This document shows positions 33,801 to 41,838 of a DNA stretch of 64,000 nucleotides, one piece after another (position 1 is the first letter of the stretch; each line of letters opens with the position of its first letter). The stretch lies in assembly GCA_964558505.1 (NCBI GenBank), contig CAZLEI010000004.1, forward strand, positions 9,367 to 73,366, read 5' to 3'. Both the position numbers and the translations under genes were made by a program. Source of the stretch: an uncultured Methanomassiliicoccales archaeon (lineage in GTDB: Archaea > Thermoplasmatota > Thermoplasmata > Methanomassiliicoccales > Methanomethylophilaceae). The notes beneath the pieces were generated by a model. The model saw only the letters and a list, made by a program, of their open reading frames with translations, ran no database searches and was not told the DNA's origin.

Positions 33801-33963
33801 CAATGTATCGGTCAAGGACCCGAGCGCATCAGGTACCGGCATCTACAATTCGGCGGGCAACATCCCCACTGGATTCTGGATCCTGCTGGTCGTGTCGGTG
33901 ATGCTCCTGTTCCTTGTACTCTACCTCGGAATGAGAAGGGGGGTGTTCACACGCAGAAAGTAA
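27850..33963 (+). CDS. STT3/AglB-like multi-pass GT-C membrane domain fused to ~1300 aa of extracellular beta-sandwich repeats with a C-terminal TM anchor (giant surface protein)
   Basis: The N-terminal ~700 aa have about 13 predicted TM helices. The first external loop has STT3-like blocks (…AEYHLSVIENLVATGQF…NYPYGG…FPPLMDV… versus eukaryotic STT3 …DPYFNYR…WYPLGR…YPGLM…). A divergent WWDYG-position motif reads VTWTNYA. A Thr/Ser/Gly-rich repeat region follows, and the protein ends …PTGFWILLVVSVMLLFLVLYLGMRRGVFTRRK (TM plus basic tail). Start may be M13 at 27886, depending on which TATA-like element is used. Confidence 0.85.
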   Translation: MNRHSIEAENSRMRKFVSKSTDSQKESKGRSIVGDGGWFGNNKRLVLMLFAIVLVALFLRVFYSYGISVGSGIALSGGSSAEYHLSVIENLVATGQFVISDLAVNYPYGGLNVFPPLMDVIVALFAWIATAAGVPVATASAAALSWFAPIVGTLAVVAAYYLGVEMYNKKVGVLAALFLAVFPLMISGTVFSNGTESAFYLFLFIGMLFFLVKAVKAVDATEMQGYKAVFADRAILKPMIFTIICFVLIALTWNGFYAVVLVLVAIMVIQALLDRFRGKDFTVITMLYAMVLLIGICISAAYYVPAGLWNAVFSGPFIVSIMAVVFTLAYTKVQSKPWIITIPVFAVIIAAIFVALYFAAPALFNDVVFGNSIYGGNLFGNLIIASDGPTLSQLGTYYGWATFWFPMAMLVLMAWGFRKNMDSRFYVFMFLWYAALLILTWVTDATMFLCAPVYAIGAAALIVKVLDLVDIRGYFASFKGVDFKSFWKKLIKPAPFIAVLVGVFLVAMPGAIYAVDASISNNEKSDYNLSALGAAGYYVDTTDANTINNLWNQYSSEIKTGALVTWTNYANTAAAIGGFPTVTSITGGGASAASNIMLANGSAGATAAMAVRMIESKGLSEFQSILAAYPDIDYAYLTTLFTNEKFVKDLVIGAPDVYGAVSTSITFENARYLAVVEYLTSSLSEPQIDKLYDAVCAQIDKQISYIAVNGSMLHLYYNDGSSLSTMAYLNDYAFSTDGSVTKFYSYGTSSPYYCTYTSAMYETFLWKSIIGMSPADVGISSGISYLSSLALSDGTYKAHPGYGLSNYSLAYWHVMYNADKEATLASEGWVDMDAYEAMALQESEGGLINYIAGTTMFEYRSNTVTNTLSGKVTYDTGSSIDPAKGIQVAVFEGMDTDGDGNVDEYMQRCTTYTNAEGKYEVSVSNTAVGYKLVYSAGTKTMTGGVEIKTLYNPALNDSRLSFTVANISMSGQVLVNGEKYVTSAAEPITVQILGASTGYKSSVTSASGAFTFNNVLPDSYTITVVKANGNTLVSTTYKTLEGHNSGIEVETATGKITVTVTDDTGNTVNGGSVVATDTTDGQRFYGTIENGTAVIQVIPGKFTISAADGYSSVYSTSVTVASSGSKTASLTVYKSVDLSVTVPTAGMSVTLSGSDGFTMSASSGNTTTAKFAVPISVGAGVGNGYTFTLTASNGDKAGSSLHWATWTYSGSSTASVSLSSAGTLQQVTGTLKDSSGTATAGTVLFYTADGKVLTGSAGSDGAITALLPSGTYTMYAFDGSDSVILKKITVGSAVLALGDVTMSDARKITSTLNYSTYMSSSTSKTLRFLQVNIDEIIVGEETFSFFYMTNSSGKAIVYIPSGSSCTVNVPAMSTSALTMEAQANKIEAGTSNSSKTYSATTVDVNVKCGDGYTVHLDPYSSTLKEVTVTPAGVAVRPGQYTAKVEASSGYYYTGTVYIYPGMTSMTLDITPTKVNKVTISGLDASDVVDVKPLDGGSSVNDEAAKGIWYVESGYSYYFKITASNGNIAYLSADNVSADVTFTGPAKTAPIKVTGFVGVAGTGDLVVEYGGVSVPFSIKGGVYTATLPTGITGDIRFTASVANTVDGKTYYFDRSVTMASNQVTDGLVLNLSSVDSGVTAALGSTVVNTANDMVSFSILLTNTSNSAVTLVPSGGSAWSKISFPSGSIVVPAKGTYTLTVANAVYTHGTAAGSSSLSVSFSDAAGSTVLSTTVDAPGMYPAYAVNSGAGSFSNGVATFGFTVTNNLDVEQTVLVDGGSAWKTIDFTLSGASVQAVTVPAKGTVTVVANATYDAAKHGMGDKTMSVILSSVNGDKMQTMTVDTTGMIHSATTSTVVDSSLGTDASSDAVNGYEYMYAVTLNNKDNFAKFASLSVTGNLSGWYVTIMDAAGTTILDANGGSYKIPAFSTETVYVKVMSHQGAVAVPSLTIAVTVTDGAGNSMPVSTTSSNIAISGNTATMTQSEGSINVSVKDPSASGTGIYNSAGNIPTGFWILLVVSVMLLFLVLYLGMRRGVFTRRK

Positions 33964-33989
33964 CTTCAGCAATAGTCGCTCTGGCGATC

Positions 33990-34736
33990 GTGGGGATATT
34001 GGGGTTCTGCCTCATGCCCTGCGATCCCGCGGACGGAATGCACGTAGATATCAAGGGAGACGATTACGTCGTCAAGACGTCGGGATCCATATCCTACGAT
34101 ATCGTCGGATACGACAGCGCATTCGACAGCACCCACAGCTACGACTACACCGCGGCGCTCTACGACGCCGCGGGGAAGTCCCAGTCCAGTGCTGTCAGTC
34201 CCTCGTCCGGTACGATGAGCAACGGGTCCTACACGACCCTGTCCATCACCGCGCCGTCAACCGCCGGCACGTACACCCTCAAGGTGACCGTGACCGACGG
34301 GGACGACTCCAAGGTCAAAGAGGTAAGGGAGTCCATCATCAGGGTGGTCGCCCCGATCACCCTCTCTGCCACACTGGAGAACACCAGCTCCATCGCCCTG
34401 AAGAACCTCGTGGTGTACTTCATGGTCGACGGGAAGAAACTGGATGACAGCAACCAGCAGGTGTCCGTGGATGCTTTCGGGACCTCCGACATCAAATACG
34501 AGTACGTCACGTACGGACTGTCTTCCGGCGCTCACAGCTATGCCATAGTGACAGACAGCGAGACCGTGATCGATATCGTGGGCCTCGATGTCCAGAACAA
34601 GTTCTACGTGGGACAGGAGAGCTACTCCGGAGTCACCGCCATCCTCGGCGTGCTCGCAGTGATACTCTTCATCATCCTCCTGTACATCTACAGGAAGCCC
34701 GTGAAGAACTACGGCAAGCCGAAGGCCAGGCGTTAA
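33990..34736 (+). CDS. cell-surface protein with beta-sandwich (CARDB/Ig-like) domain and C-terminal TM anchor
   Basis: Begins within or just after the giant gene's end in another frame. Hydrophobic N-terminal segment (…AIVALAIVGILGFCLMPC), Thr/Ser-rich body, C-terminal …ILGVLAVILFIILLYIYRKPVKNYGKPKARR. Start is uncertain: candidates are GTG 33990, TTG 33999 and ATG 34014, and no canonical start exists upstream of the hydrophobic segment. Confidence 0.55.
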   Translation: MGILGFCLMPCDPADGMHVDIKGDDYVVKTSGSISYDIVGYDSAFDSTHSYDYTAALYDAAGKSQSSAVSPSSGTMSNGSYTTLSITAPSTAGTYTLKVTVTDGDDSKVKEVRESIIRVVAPITLSATLENTSSIALKNLVVYFMVDGKKLDDSNQQVSVDAFGTSDIKYEYVTYGLSSGAHSYAIVTDSETVIDIVGLDVQNKFYVGQESYSGVTAILGVLAVILFIILLYIYRKPVKNYGKPKARR

Positions 34737-34744
34737 ACTTCAAT

Positions 34745-34790
34745 GCCGGGGCGTCCCCCCGGCTTCAAACGATTTATTCCTTGTTTTTCG
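34745..34790 (+). terminator. hairpin (GCCGGGG-n5-CCCCGGC) followed by T-rich tract after the surface-protein gene
   Basis: Perfect 7-bp GC stem at 34745-34763, then TTCAAACGATTTATTCCTTGTTTTTCG. Confidence 0.4.
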
Positions 34791-34896
34791 ATCAGGCTCC
34801 ATGTCGGTCAGCGATGTGCCTGCAAGACCATTCCGGACGCATCTCGATCTTCCGGCGGGTGTTTCCGTAATATCCGGGTTATATTCAGAAATATGA

Positions 34897-34904
34897 TTTA
34901 ATAT
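34897..34904 (+). promoter_or_regulatory. TATA-like box (TTTAATAT) 22-29 nt upstream of the MarR-family gene ATG (leaderless transcript likely)
   Basis: AT-rich element at archaeal promoter distance; a second TTATATT lies 15 nt further upstream. Confidence 0.35.
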
Positions 34905-34925
34905 CCATCAGCTCATGGACTGTGC

Positions 34926-35390
34926 ATGACCGAGCCTCGGGAAACAGATGCAGTGCACGATGCCGACGTCAGTGGAAGCTTGAACAACCTGATGTCGTCC
35001 TGGACCATAATCGAGCTTCGCATGATGGCATCGAGAAGCCAAGACAATGCCCTGACATTCAACAGCATACTGTACCTCGACATGATATCTTTCACCGAAG
35101 ATTGCACCGTTACGAAGCTTGCCGACATCCTCAAGGTATCGAAACCGACCGTCACATCCAAGATCAACGAGCTCGTCGATATGGGATTGGTCGTGAAGAC
35201 CCGGTCCGATACCGATGGCCGGGTCAGTTTCCTGGACCTGTCGCCGGATGTGATGTTCCCGTACGACAACGAGATCGCGAAGATCAGGCATGTCGTGGAC
35301 AAACTGAATGAGATGTATTCCGGAGAAGACCTCCTGTTATTCTGCAATATCCTGGATAAAGCATCTGAACTGCTCATGGATGATGTGTAA
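34926..35390 (+). CDS. MarR-family transcriptional regulator
   Basis: wHTH core …CTVTKLADILKVSKPTVTSKINELVDMGLVVKTRSDTDGRV… typical of MarR. Sits upstream of an MFS efflux gene. Confidence 0.85.
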   Translation: MTEPRETDAVHDADVSGSLNNLMSSWTIIELRMMASRSQDNALTFNSILYLDMISFTEDCTVTKLADILKVSKPTVTSKINELVDMGLVVKTRSDTDGRVSFLDLSPDVMFPYDNEIAKIRHVVDKLNEMYSGEDLLLFCNILDKASELLMDDV

Positions 35391-35489
35391 GGCTCATCCG
35401 AGCCTGTCCCAGGTAATATCGTGCACGATCTTGCACCATAGATAGTTAGGAAAACAAAACTAAATATATCCGAGAGATGATGAGAGCCC

Positions 35490-36914
35490 ATGACTGACGT
35501 CCTGAGGGATCCTCGTGCACAGCAGCTGCTTCTTGTAGCCGTGGTCATAGCGATGTTCATGGATGGCATGGATGGTTCCATCGTCAATGTGGCGCTCCCC
35601 GTGATCGCCGGCAGCATGGGCGTAGGCACCAGCACCGTGTCATGGGTGGTGACCATCTATTTTCTGATGATGGCAGGCCTGATATTGATATTCGGTAAGA
35701 TCGCCGACGGAGGTCATCTGAAGAAGGTGTTCATATGCGGATTCCTGATATTCTCGGTCAGTTCCCTCATGTGCGGGATCTCCACAGGGCTGGACACGCT
35801 CCTCATAGGCAGGGCCATCCAAGGGATCGGAGCATCCATGCTGGCGGCGTCCGCGATGATGATGTGCGTGAAGTACTATCCTGCGAGCAGGATGGGATAC
35901 GCCCTGTCCATAACCGTGCTCGGTGCATCCATAGGGACGGTCCTGGGTCCGACCCTGGGCGGCGTCCTCACGGAGGTGCTGTCCTGGCACTGGATATTCC
36001 TGATAAACGTCCCCATAGGTCTGGTGGCCGCGATCTTCTCGATGAAGGCCATCCCTGCAGACAGGAGGTCCGAGGAACGCGAACCCTTCGATCTCGTAGG
36101 GGCGGCCATACTGTTCGTGTCGCTGTCCTGCGGCCTCTATGTGGTGGAGACACTCCCGTCCACGGGGTTCGGCGTCTCATCGATGATGCTCACGGCCATA
36201 TGCCTCATCGGCCTGGTAGCTCTTGTGTTCTGGGAGAGGAGATGCGAGCATCCGGTGATCCTGCTATCCCTGTTCAGGATACGTGATTTCGTGTTCGTGC
36301 TCGTGGCATACCTGCTGATAAACCTGATACTGATGGGCATCCTGTACCTGTTGCCGTTCTACCTCAGCAAGGGCATGGGCTTCGATTCGATGGTCACCGG
36401 TCTGTACCTGCTGATCCCTTCCGCGGTCACATTGGTGATATGCACCAAGGCCAGCAAGATATCCGATAAGATCGGCCGCAGGCCATTCGTTCTCGTGGCC
36501 TGTGCGGCCATGCTCCTGATGACCGCGATACTGTCGGTCATAACCCCCGATATGGGGCTCTGGATGCTCATAGTCGCATTGCTGTGCTTCGGTCTCGTGT
36601 GGGGCGTGTGCGGGGGGCCAGCATCCAGCCGCATCGTGGAGAATTCACCGAAGGAGAGCCATGGCTACGCGTCTTCCCTGATGTCCTTCAGCATCTACTT
36701 CGCGGCCGCACTCGGTACCGCAGTGTTCTCGGCGCTTTTCGCGGCGGGTTCCGGATTGGGCATGATAGATTTCTCCACGATGCCGTTGGACGGATTCTTG
36801 TCCGGGTTCCATCTCGCGGCCTTGGCGGGCATACTGCTGTCTGTGATGGCACTGCTGCTGTCTGCCGTGGTCAACGAGAAGAAGAACGGGCACGGGATCT
36901 CGAAAGAGGATTGA
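35490..36914 (+). CDS. MFS transporter, DHA2 (EmrB/QacA)-like, 14 TM segments
   Basis: 474 aa, highly hydrophobic with MFS signature-like loops (…GKIADGGHLKKVF…, …GRAIQGIGAS…). Confidence 0.9.
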   Translation: MTDVLRDPRAQQLLLVAVVIAMFMDGMDGSIVNVALPVIAGSMGVGTSTVSWVVTIYFLMMAGLILIFGKIADGGHLKKVFICGFLIFSVSSLMCGISTGLDTLLIGRAIQGIGASMLAASAMMMCVKYYPASRMGYALSITVLGASIGTVLGPTLGGVLTEVLSWHWIFLINVPIGLVAAIFSMKAIPADRRSEEREPFDLVGAAILFVSLSCGLYVVETLPSTGFGVSSMMLTAICLIGLVALVFWERRCEHPVILLSLFRIRDFVFVLVAYLLINLILMGILYLLPFYLSKGMGFDSMVTGLYLLIPSAVTLVICTKASKISDKIGRRPFVLVACAAMLLMTAILSVITPDMGLWMLIVALLCFGLVWGVCGGPASSRIVENSPKESHGYASSLMSFSIYFAAALGTAVFSALFAAGSGLGMIDFSTMPLDGFLSGFHLAALAGILLSVMALLLSAVVNEKKNGHGISKED

Positions 36915-36937
36915 CACGGGCCGTCGCGGATGCCGCA

Positions 36938-37516
36938 TCATGCACGTCTCATGACGATGGCATTGGCAAGATCGGTCCGTGTCTTCTCCATCACGCCTCT
37001 GGCTATGTCCTGTTTGCGTCTCATGGGCATGATGGCGTCCGGAACATCGAACAGCATGATCTCGGCACAGATCTCCTCCATGGATGAGAACATGCGCTTG
37101 GCATCTTCGAGCCTGTCCTCCATGAGCATGGAGAGTGCGATCCTGCGCATCTCGCCGAGGCAGTCTGCAAGGCCAAGGGCCCACGATTGAGGAGATACGC
37201 AGATGTCCTCCGGGGACGGCAGAGGGGCATCGCGGCAGACCGCATCGAACAACGCGGCCTCGGCGAGTTCCATCATCGCATCTTCCACAGGGCCGGACGA
37301 CCGCATCTCCGGCCCCAATGACATCGTCAGGGATTCCATATCGGACATCGCGGATCTCAGCAGATCGGGTTCGGGAGATCCGGTGTGGATCCCGTGGATG
37401 ATGCGCTTGGTGCTCCTGATGATCGTTCTCGATGAGGCGATGGCGTGTTCGCGTTCGGTTTCGAGAGCGCCCATCTTGGCGTTCACGGATGCGATGTTCT
37501 CGGAGAGTCCTTTCAT
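36938..37516 (-). CDS. hypothetical alpha-helical protein (possibly translin-family; uncertain)
   Basis: 192 aa starting at MKGLSEN…. The ORF-track 271-aa version adds an Arg-rich N-terminus overlapping truA in another frame and is rejected. No signature motif recognised. Confidence 0.5.
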   Translation of the reverse strand: MKGLSENIASVNAKMGALETEREHAIASSRTIIRSTKRIIHGIHTGSPEPDLLRSAMSDMESLTMSLGPEMRSSGPVEDAMMELAEAALFDAVCRDAPLPSPEDICVSPQSWALGLADCLGEMRRIALSMLMEDRLEDAKRMFSSMEEICAEIMLFDVPDAIMPMRRKQDIARGVMEKTRTDLANAIVMRRA

Positions 37517-37539
37517 GTCCTCGGCATCGTGGGACGGTG

Positions 37540-38322
37540 TTATAACTGCAACGTCCTGAAGAAATCGGCACGGAGGGACAATCTGAATTGCTCTTCGGTG
37601 CAAAGACGGTCGAATGCGCCCTCCTGACCTTTGAAGACGATGCCCTCGTAACTGACGTCGGTCAGCGTGAGCGCGTCTGCCCGGGCGAGTCCGAACGACA
37701 TGTCCTCCCCGTCCAATGCCCTCTTCACATCCTCGATGTCCACGGCACCGCACCCGACGCCGGAGGATGCGGCGATTATACGGCGGATGAGGTTCCAGAG
37801 ATAGAACAATGCACGGAATTCCACGATCAGGTTATCGCCGTCGGCGACAACGGATATGGAGCGGATCTCACCGGTGGTCGGTTTCCCGTCGGAACGGCAG
37901 AACCTCTTGTAGTCATGTTCTCCGACGAACAGCTGGGCGCATTCGTTGAACAGTTCCAGATCTATGCCTTTGGCGGGAAGTATGTACCTATAGGACCTCT
38001 CGTCCGCTATACGGGGGTTGAACCCTTCCGGTACACGGGTGATGCCCCGGAAGTACACGCCCTTCGAGACGGCGTTGAGCGCTTTCAGAAGGACCTCGTC
38101 GTTCTGGAAATTGGTGTTGAACGCCATGACATTCCCGAGGGAATTCACTCCGGTGTCCGTACGGCTGGCACTTTTCAAATTGAACCATTCCTCGGGCATC
38201 CCGGAGATGATCGTCAGAGTTCTGAGGACCTCTCCTTCCACCGTGCGTTGGCCGACCTGTCTCTGGGATCCGTTGAACCCTGCGCCCAAATAGGCGATCT
38301 TCGCCGCCATCCTGCGGGTCAT
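37540..38322 (-). CDS. truA: tRNA pseudouridine(38-40) synthase TruA
   Basis: AYLGAGFNGSQRQ N-terminus and catalytic SRTDTGVNS (TruA RTD motif). Confidence 0.9.
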   Translation of the reverse strand: MTRRMAAKIAYLGAGFNGSQRQVGQRTVEGEVLRTLTIISGMPEEWFNLKSASRTDTGVNSLGNVMAFNTNFQNDEVLLKALNAVSKGVYFRGITRVPEGFNPRIADERSYRYILPAKGIDLELFNECAQLFVGEHDYKRFCRSDGKPTTGEIRSISVVADGDNLIVEFRALFYLWNLIRRIIAASSGVGCGAVDIEDVKRALDGEDMSFGLARADALTLTDVSYEGIVFKGQEGAFDRLCTEEQFRLSLRADFFRTLQL

Positions 38323-39638
38323 GAACGGAGCTGTGCCATGTGGTCAACTCTGCGTTGGACCAGTGCGCGCGTGCCTATGTCGTGGCGGACTGCCATGGCA
38401 TCGCATTTCACATGCTCGAGCGCATCCTCGCAATGTTCCTCGGCCTCTTCGATGCTGGACCCGATGCCCACTATCCCGACGGAGCGGGATGTGCCAGTGA
38501 CGAGTTTCCCGTTCTTCACGTCCACGTTCGCATAGTATGCCGCGGCGCCGCAACGGGCTATCGCTTCCTCGTCCACCGATATCTCATGGCCGGATTCGGA
38601 TTTGACACCGTATCCGCGGGGGACCACGTACTTGCACACGGTGGCCTTCTTCATGAACCCGATCTCCCCGGACAGTGTTCCGGTGGCCATCATCATGCAT
38701 ATGTCGGCGAAACCGGTCTCCAGTATGGGCAGGACATTCATCGCCTCCGGGTCTCCGAATCTCGCATTGATCTCGATGATCTTCGGTCCGTTCACGGTGA
38801 GCATGAACTGACCGTACATGGGGCCGCGATAGGGGCAGCCCTCCTCGGCCATGGCATCCACGATATCCTGGAGGATGGCGAGGGACGCTTCCCTTTCCCG
38901 GACGGTGACGAACGGCAGGAGGTGGTCGGCATCCGTGTAGGAGCCCATGCCGCCGGTGTTGGGGCCGACGTCGCCTTCGTACGCTCTCTTGTGGTCCTGC
39001 ACCAACGGCATGGGGATGATTGTCTTTCCGTCGCAGAACACCATCTGCGTGAATTCCTCTCCGACAGCCTTCTCCTCGAGGATCACGCCGGCTCCCCCGA
39101 TGTTTCCGTCGAATATCTCGTTGACGTACTCCATGGTCTCTTCGAAGCTGTGCAGGTGCTCGCCCTGGACCTTGACGCCTTTGCCCCCGGTGAGCCCGAC
39201 GGGCTTCACGACGATCTCATGATCGACGGTCTTCAGGTACTCCTCGGCATCCTTGGCGTTGTCGAACGGGGCGAAACCGAGGTTCCCCTTGATGCCATGG
39301 CGTTGTACCAGATCCCTCATGAAAGCTTTCGACGTCTCTATCCTGGCAGCGGCCTTGGTAGGCGAGGCGCACCTGACGCCGATGGATTCCAGCGCATCCA
39401 CGATGCCTGCCTCCAGGGGGGCCTCGGGCCCGATGAAAGCGAGCTCCACGCCTTTCTCCTTCGCATATGCGCAGACTGCATCGATGTCCTTCTCATCGAT
39501 CAGTTTGCAATCCTTCGCCCGGGCCATTATGCCCGGGTTCGCGTTCTTCATGACCGCGTATACCTCGGCTCCCGACCTGTAGAGCGCTTCCACGGCCGCG
39601 TGCTCTCTTCCGCCGCCGCCTACTGCGAGTATCTTCAT
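38319..39638 (-). CDS. purD: phosphoribosylamine--glycine ligase
   Basis: Start at MKILAVGGGGREHA…, the canonical GARS N-terminus, with an ATP-grasp body. The Arg/His-rich upstream ORF-track extension overlapping hypB is rejected. Confidence 0.9.
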   Translation of the reverse strand: MKILAVGGGGREHAAVEALYRSGAEVYAVMKNANPGIMARAKDCKLIDEKDIDAVCAYAKEKGVELAFIGPEAPLEAGIVDALESIGVRCASPTKAAARIETSKAFMRDLVQRHGIKGNLGFAPFDNAKDAEEYLKTVDHEIVVKPVGLTGGKGVKVQGEHLHSFEETMEYVNEIFDGNIGGAGVILEEKAVGEEFTQMVFCDGKTIIPMPLVQDHKRAYEGDVGPNTGGMGSYTDADHLLPFVTVREREASLAILQDIVDAMAEEGCPYRGPMYGQFMLTVNGPKIIEINARFGDPEAMNVLPILETGFADICMMMATGTLSGEIGFMKKATVCKYVVPRGYGVKSESGHEISVDEEAIARCGAAAYYANVDVKNGKLVTGTSRSVGIVGIGSSIEEAEEHCEDALEHVKCDAMAVRHDIGTRALVQRRVDHMAQLRS

Positions 39639-39649
39639 TTGAATCATCC

Positions 39650-40300
39650 TCAGAGTTTCAGCGCGGACAGGATCTCGTCTATCCCGTCTCCTGTCCTGAC
39701 GCTGCATTTGATCATCTTCTTGAGGCCGCCTGTGAGCTTCGCGTAATCTCCGGCGATGACCTCCGGATCCACGCCGACAGCATCGGCGATGTCCATCTTG
39801 TTCAGTATGGCCACGTCCGAGTGCAGGAATATGTCGTGGTGCTTCCTGACCATGTCGTCCCCCTCGGTGGTGGATATGACGACGACCCTGTAATCCGTTC
39901 CCAGCGGGAAGTCTGCGGGGCAGACGAGGTTGCCGACGTTCTCTATGAAGACCACGTCGTAATCGTCCAGCTTGATGTCCGCGAGCTTGTGCTCGATCAT
40001 GTGGGCGTCCAGGTGGCATTCCTTCTCCGTATTGCAGTTGACCGCGTCGAGACCGGATTCCGCCATCCTGTTGAAATCATCGGCCCCGGCGACATCGCCT
40101 GCTATGGCGCAGACCCTGACGCCCTTCTCCCTGAGCCTCTCGGCCAGTTTGATGATGAGGGCGGTCTTGCCTGCTCCGATGGATCCCATGAAGTCCACGG
40201 ATCTTATGCCATGGTCCTTCAGGAGGCGGTAGTTCGCGTGGGCGAGCTTGTTGTTCTCCTTCAGAACATCATACTCCATGCCTACGGATATGTTGTGCAT
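39650..40300 (-). CDS. hypB: hydrogenase nickel incorporation GTPase HypB
   Basis: G1 (GSIGAGKTAL), …ENVGNLVCPA… and …ILNKMD… G-motifs characteristic of HypB. Confidence 0.9.
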   Translation of the reverse strand: MHNISVGMEYDVLKENNKLAHANYRLLKDHGIRSVDFMGSIGAGKTALIIKLAERLREKGVRVCAIAGDVAGADDFNRMAESGLDAVNCNTEKECHLDAHMIEHKLADIKLDDYDVVFIENVGNLVCPADFPLGTDYRVVVISTTEGDDMVRKHHDIFLHSDVAILNKMDIADAVGVDPEVIAGDYAKLTGGLKKMIKCSVRTGDGIDEILSALKL

Positions 40301-40539
40301 GCGACCTGCATGGCATTAACCGTAAAAATGATTCGCGGGCATCTATCCGCGTCCGTGCCGTTCCGCGGCGGACCGTCTCGGCCGGACCCGTCGCGGTAAC
40401 TGTCCGTCGAACATGCCCCATGGCCGATCGGCGGCATCCATGGTGCGGATGCGGCTGTTCGGGGACCCTATCGGTTGCGCGCCCGCGCTCGCAACGAAAT
40501 TAAAGGAGCAGCACATCACCAACCGCAGGGTGCTTGGTA

Positions 40540-41838
40540 ATGAGCTATTCGGAAACGTTGTCAAAAAGATTGGAGTCGATAGGTGCAGAGGAGGGGACCA
40601 GGCTGTCCGTCACAGTGGATGGCAAGAATTACACGGGAGCATTGATGCCCCACCACGATTTCAGCGCCGAGGACATCGTCATACTGAAGCTCAAGAGCGG
40701 ATACAATGTCGGCATCAGGATCGACGCCGGATCCAAGATCGAGGTGCTCGAGAGGCCGACCGCCAGGCACAAGACGGATGCCGCGGCGGAGCCCAAGAAG
40801 GGGCTCATGAACCTCGTCCTCATCGGGACCGGCGGGACCATCGCATCATATGTCGATTACAGGACCGGCGCCGTGCACCCCGCGCTGTCCACTTCCGATA
40901 TGGTCAATGCGGTGCCCGAGATCAAAGATGTGGCCAACATATCCGCGAAAGTGCTCTTCTCCATATTCTCGGAGAACATGGACATCCGGAACTGGCAGGA
41001 GCTCGCGGCGGCAGTCGCAGAGGAGCTCTCCAACGGCGCGGACGGCATAATAATCCCACACGGCACGGATACCATGGGGTACACGGCCGCCGCCCTCTCG
41101 TTCATGCTCCAGGGCATCGACAGGCCAGTCGTGCTGGTCGGCGCCCAGAGGTCCTCGGACAGGCCATCGTCCGATGCGTCCAGCAACCTCATGGCCTGCG
41201 CCAGGTTCTGCACCAAGGGCAAACGCGCCGGTGTATTCGTCATCATGCACGACACTCCCGGTGACGATTCCTTCGCGGTGCACACCGGGGCGAGGGTCAG
41301 GAAGATGCACACATCGCGTCGCGATGCGTTCAGGAGCATAAACACCGAGCCCGTGGCGCACATAGACGCCGACGGGAAGATAACATTCAATTCGGAATGT
41401 CCGTCCGTTACCGCGGCCAAAGTGGAAGCGCGCACATCCATGGAACGCTCGGTCGTGCTCCTGCAGTTCTATCCCGGGATGGACCCTTCCCTCTTCAGGG
41501 ACGTGTTCCTCAAGAGCAAGGGCGTGGTGATAGCAGGATCCGGCCTGGGGCACGTGAACGAGAACATGGTCCCGCTCATCAGGGAGGCCGTATCCAAAGG
41601 CACGGTCGTGGTGATGACGTCCCAGTGCATCAACGGACGCACCAACATGAATGTCTACAACACGGGCAGGGACCTGATAAGCGCCGGTGTGATATCGGTC
41701 AGCGACATGCTCCCGGAGACGGCGTACGTGAAGCTGATGTGGGCATTGGCCAACACCTGCAATGCCGATGAGGCACGGAAGGTCATGCAGACGCCTCTTG
41801 CAGGCGAGATGGGGGACAGGAGGTCTATCGATGTCTGA
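40540..41838 (+). CDS. gatD: glutamyl-tRNA(Gln) amidotransferase subunit D
   Basis: AMMPA-like N-domain followed by an asparaginase-like domain (…LIGTGGTIAS…, …HGTDTM…) typical of archaeal GatD. The ORF-track TTG 40534 is the alternative start. Confidence 0.9.
   Translation: MSYSETLSKRLESIGAEEGTRLSVTVDGKNYTGALMPHHDFSAEDIVILKLKSGYNVGIRIDAGSKIEVLERPTARHKTDAAAEPKKGLMNLVLIGTGGTIASYVDYRTGAVHPALSTSDMVNAVPEIKDVANISAKVLFSIFSENMDIRNWQELAAAVAEELSNGADGIIIPHGTDTMGYTAAALSFMLQGIDRPVVLVGAQRSSDRPSSDASSNLMACARFCTKGKRAGVFVIMHDTPGDDSFAVHTGARVRKMHTSRRDAFRSINTEPVAHIDADGKITFNSECPSVTAAKVEARTSMERSVVLLQFYPGMDPSLFRDVFLKSKGVVIAGSGLGHVNENMVPLIREAVSKGTVVVMTSQCINGRTNMNVYNTGRDLISAGVISVSDMLPETAYVKLMWALANTCNADEARKVMQTPLAGEMGDRRSIDV

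Noticed and set aside
36938-40019. N-terminally extended ORF-track versions of the translin-like gene (271 aa), purD (566 aa) and, at 45573-46934, the HAD hydrolase (453 aa)
   Set aside because: Each extension is Arg/His-rich and overlaps the upstream neighbour out of frame. Starts were moved to the first Met that restores the family-typical N-terminus.
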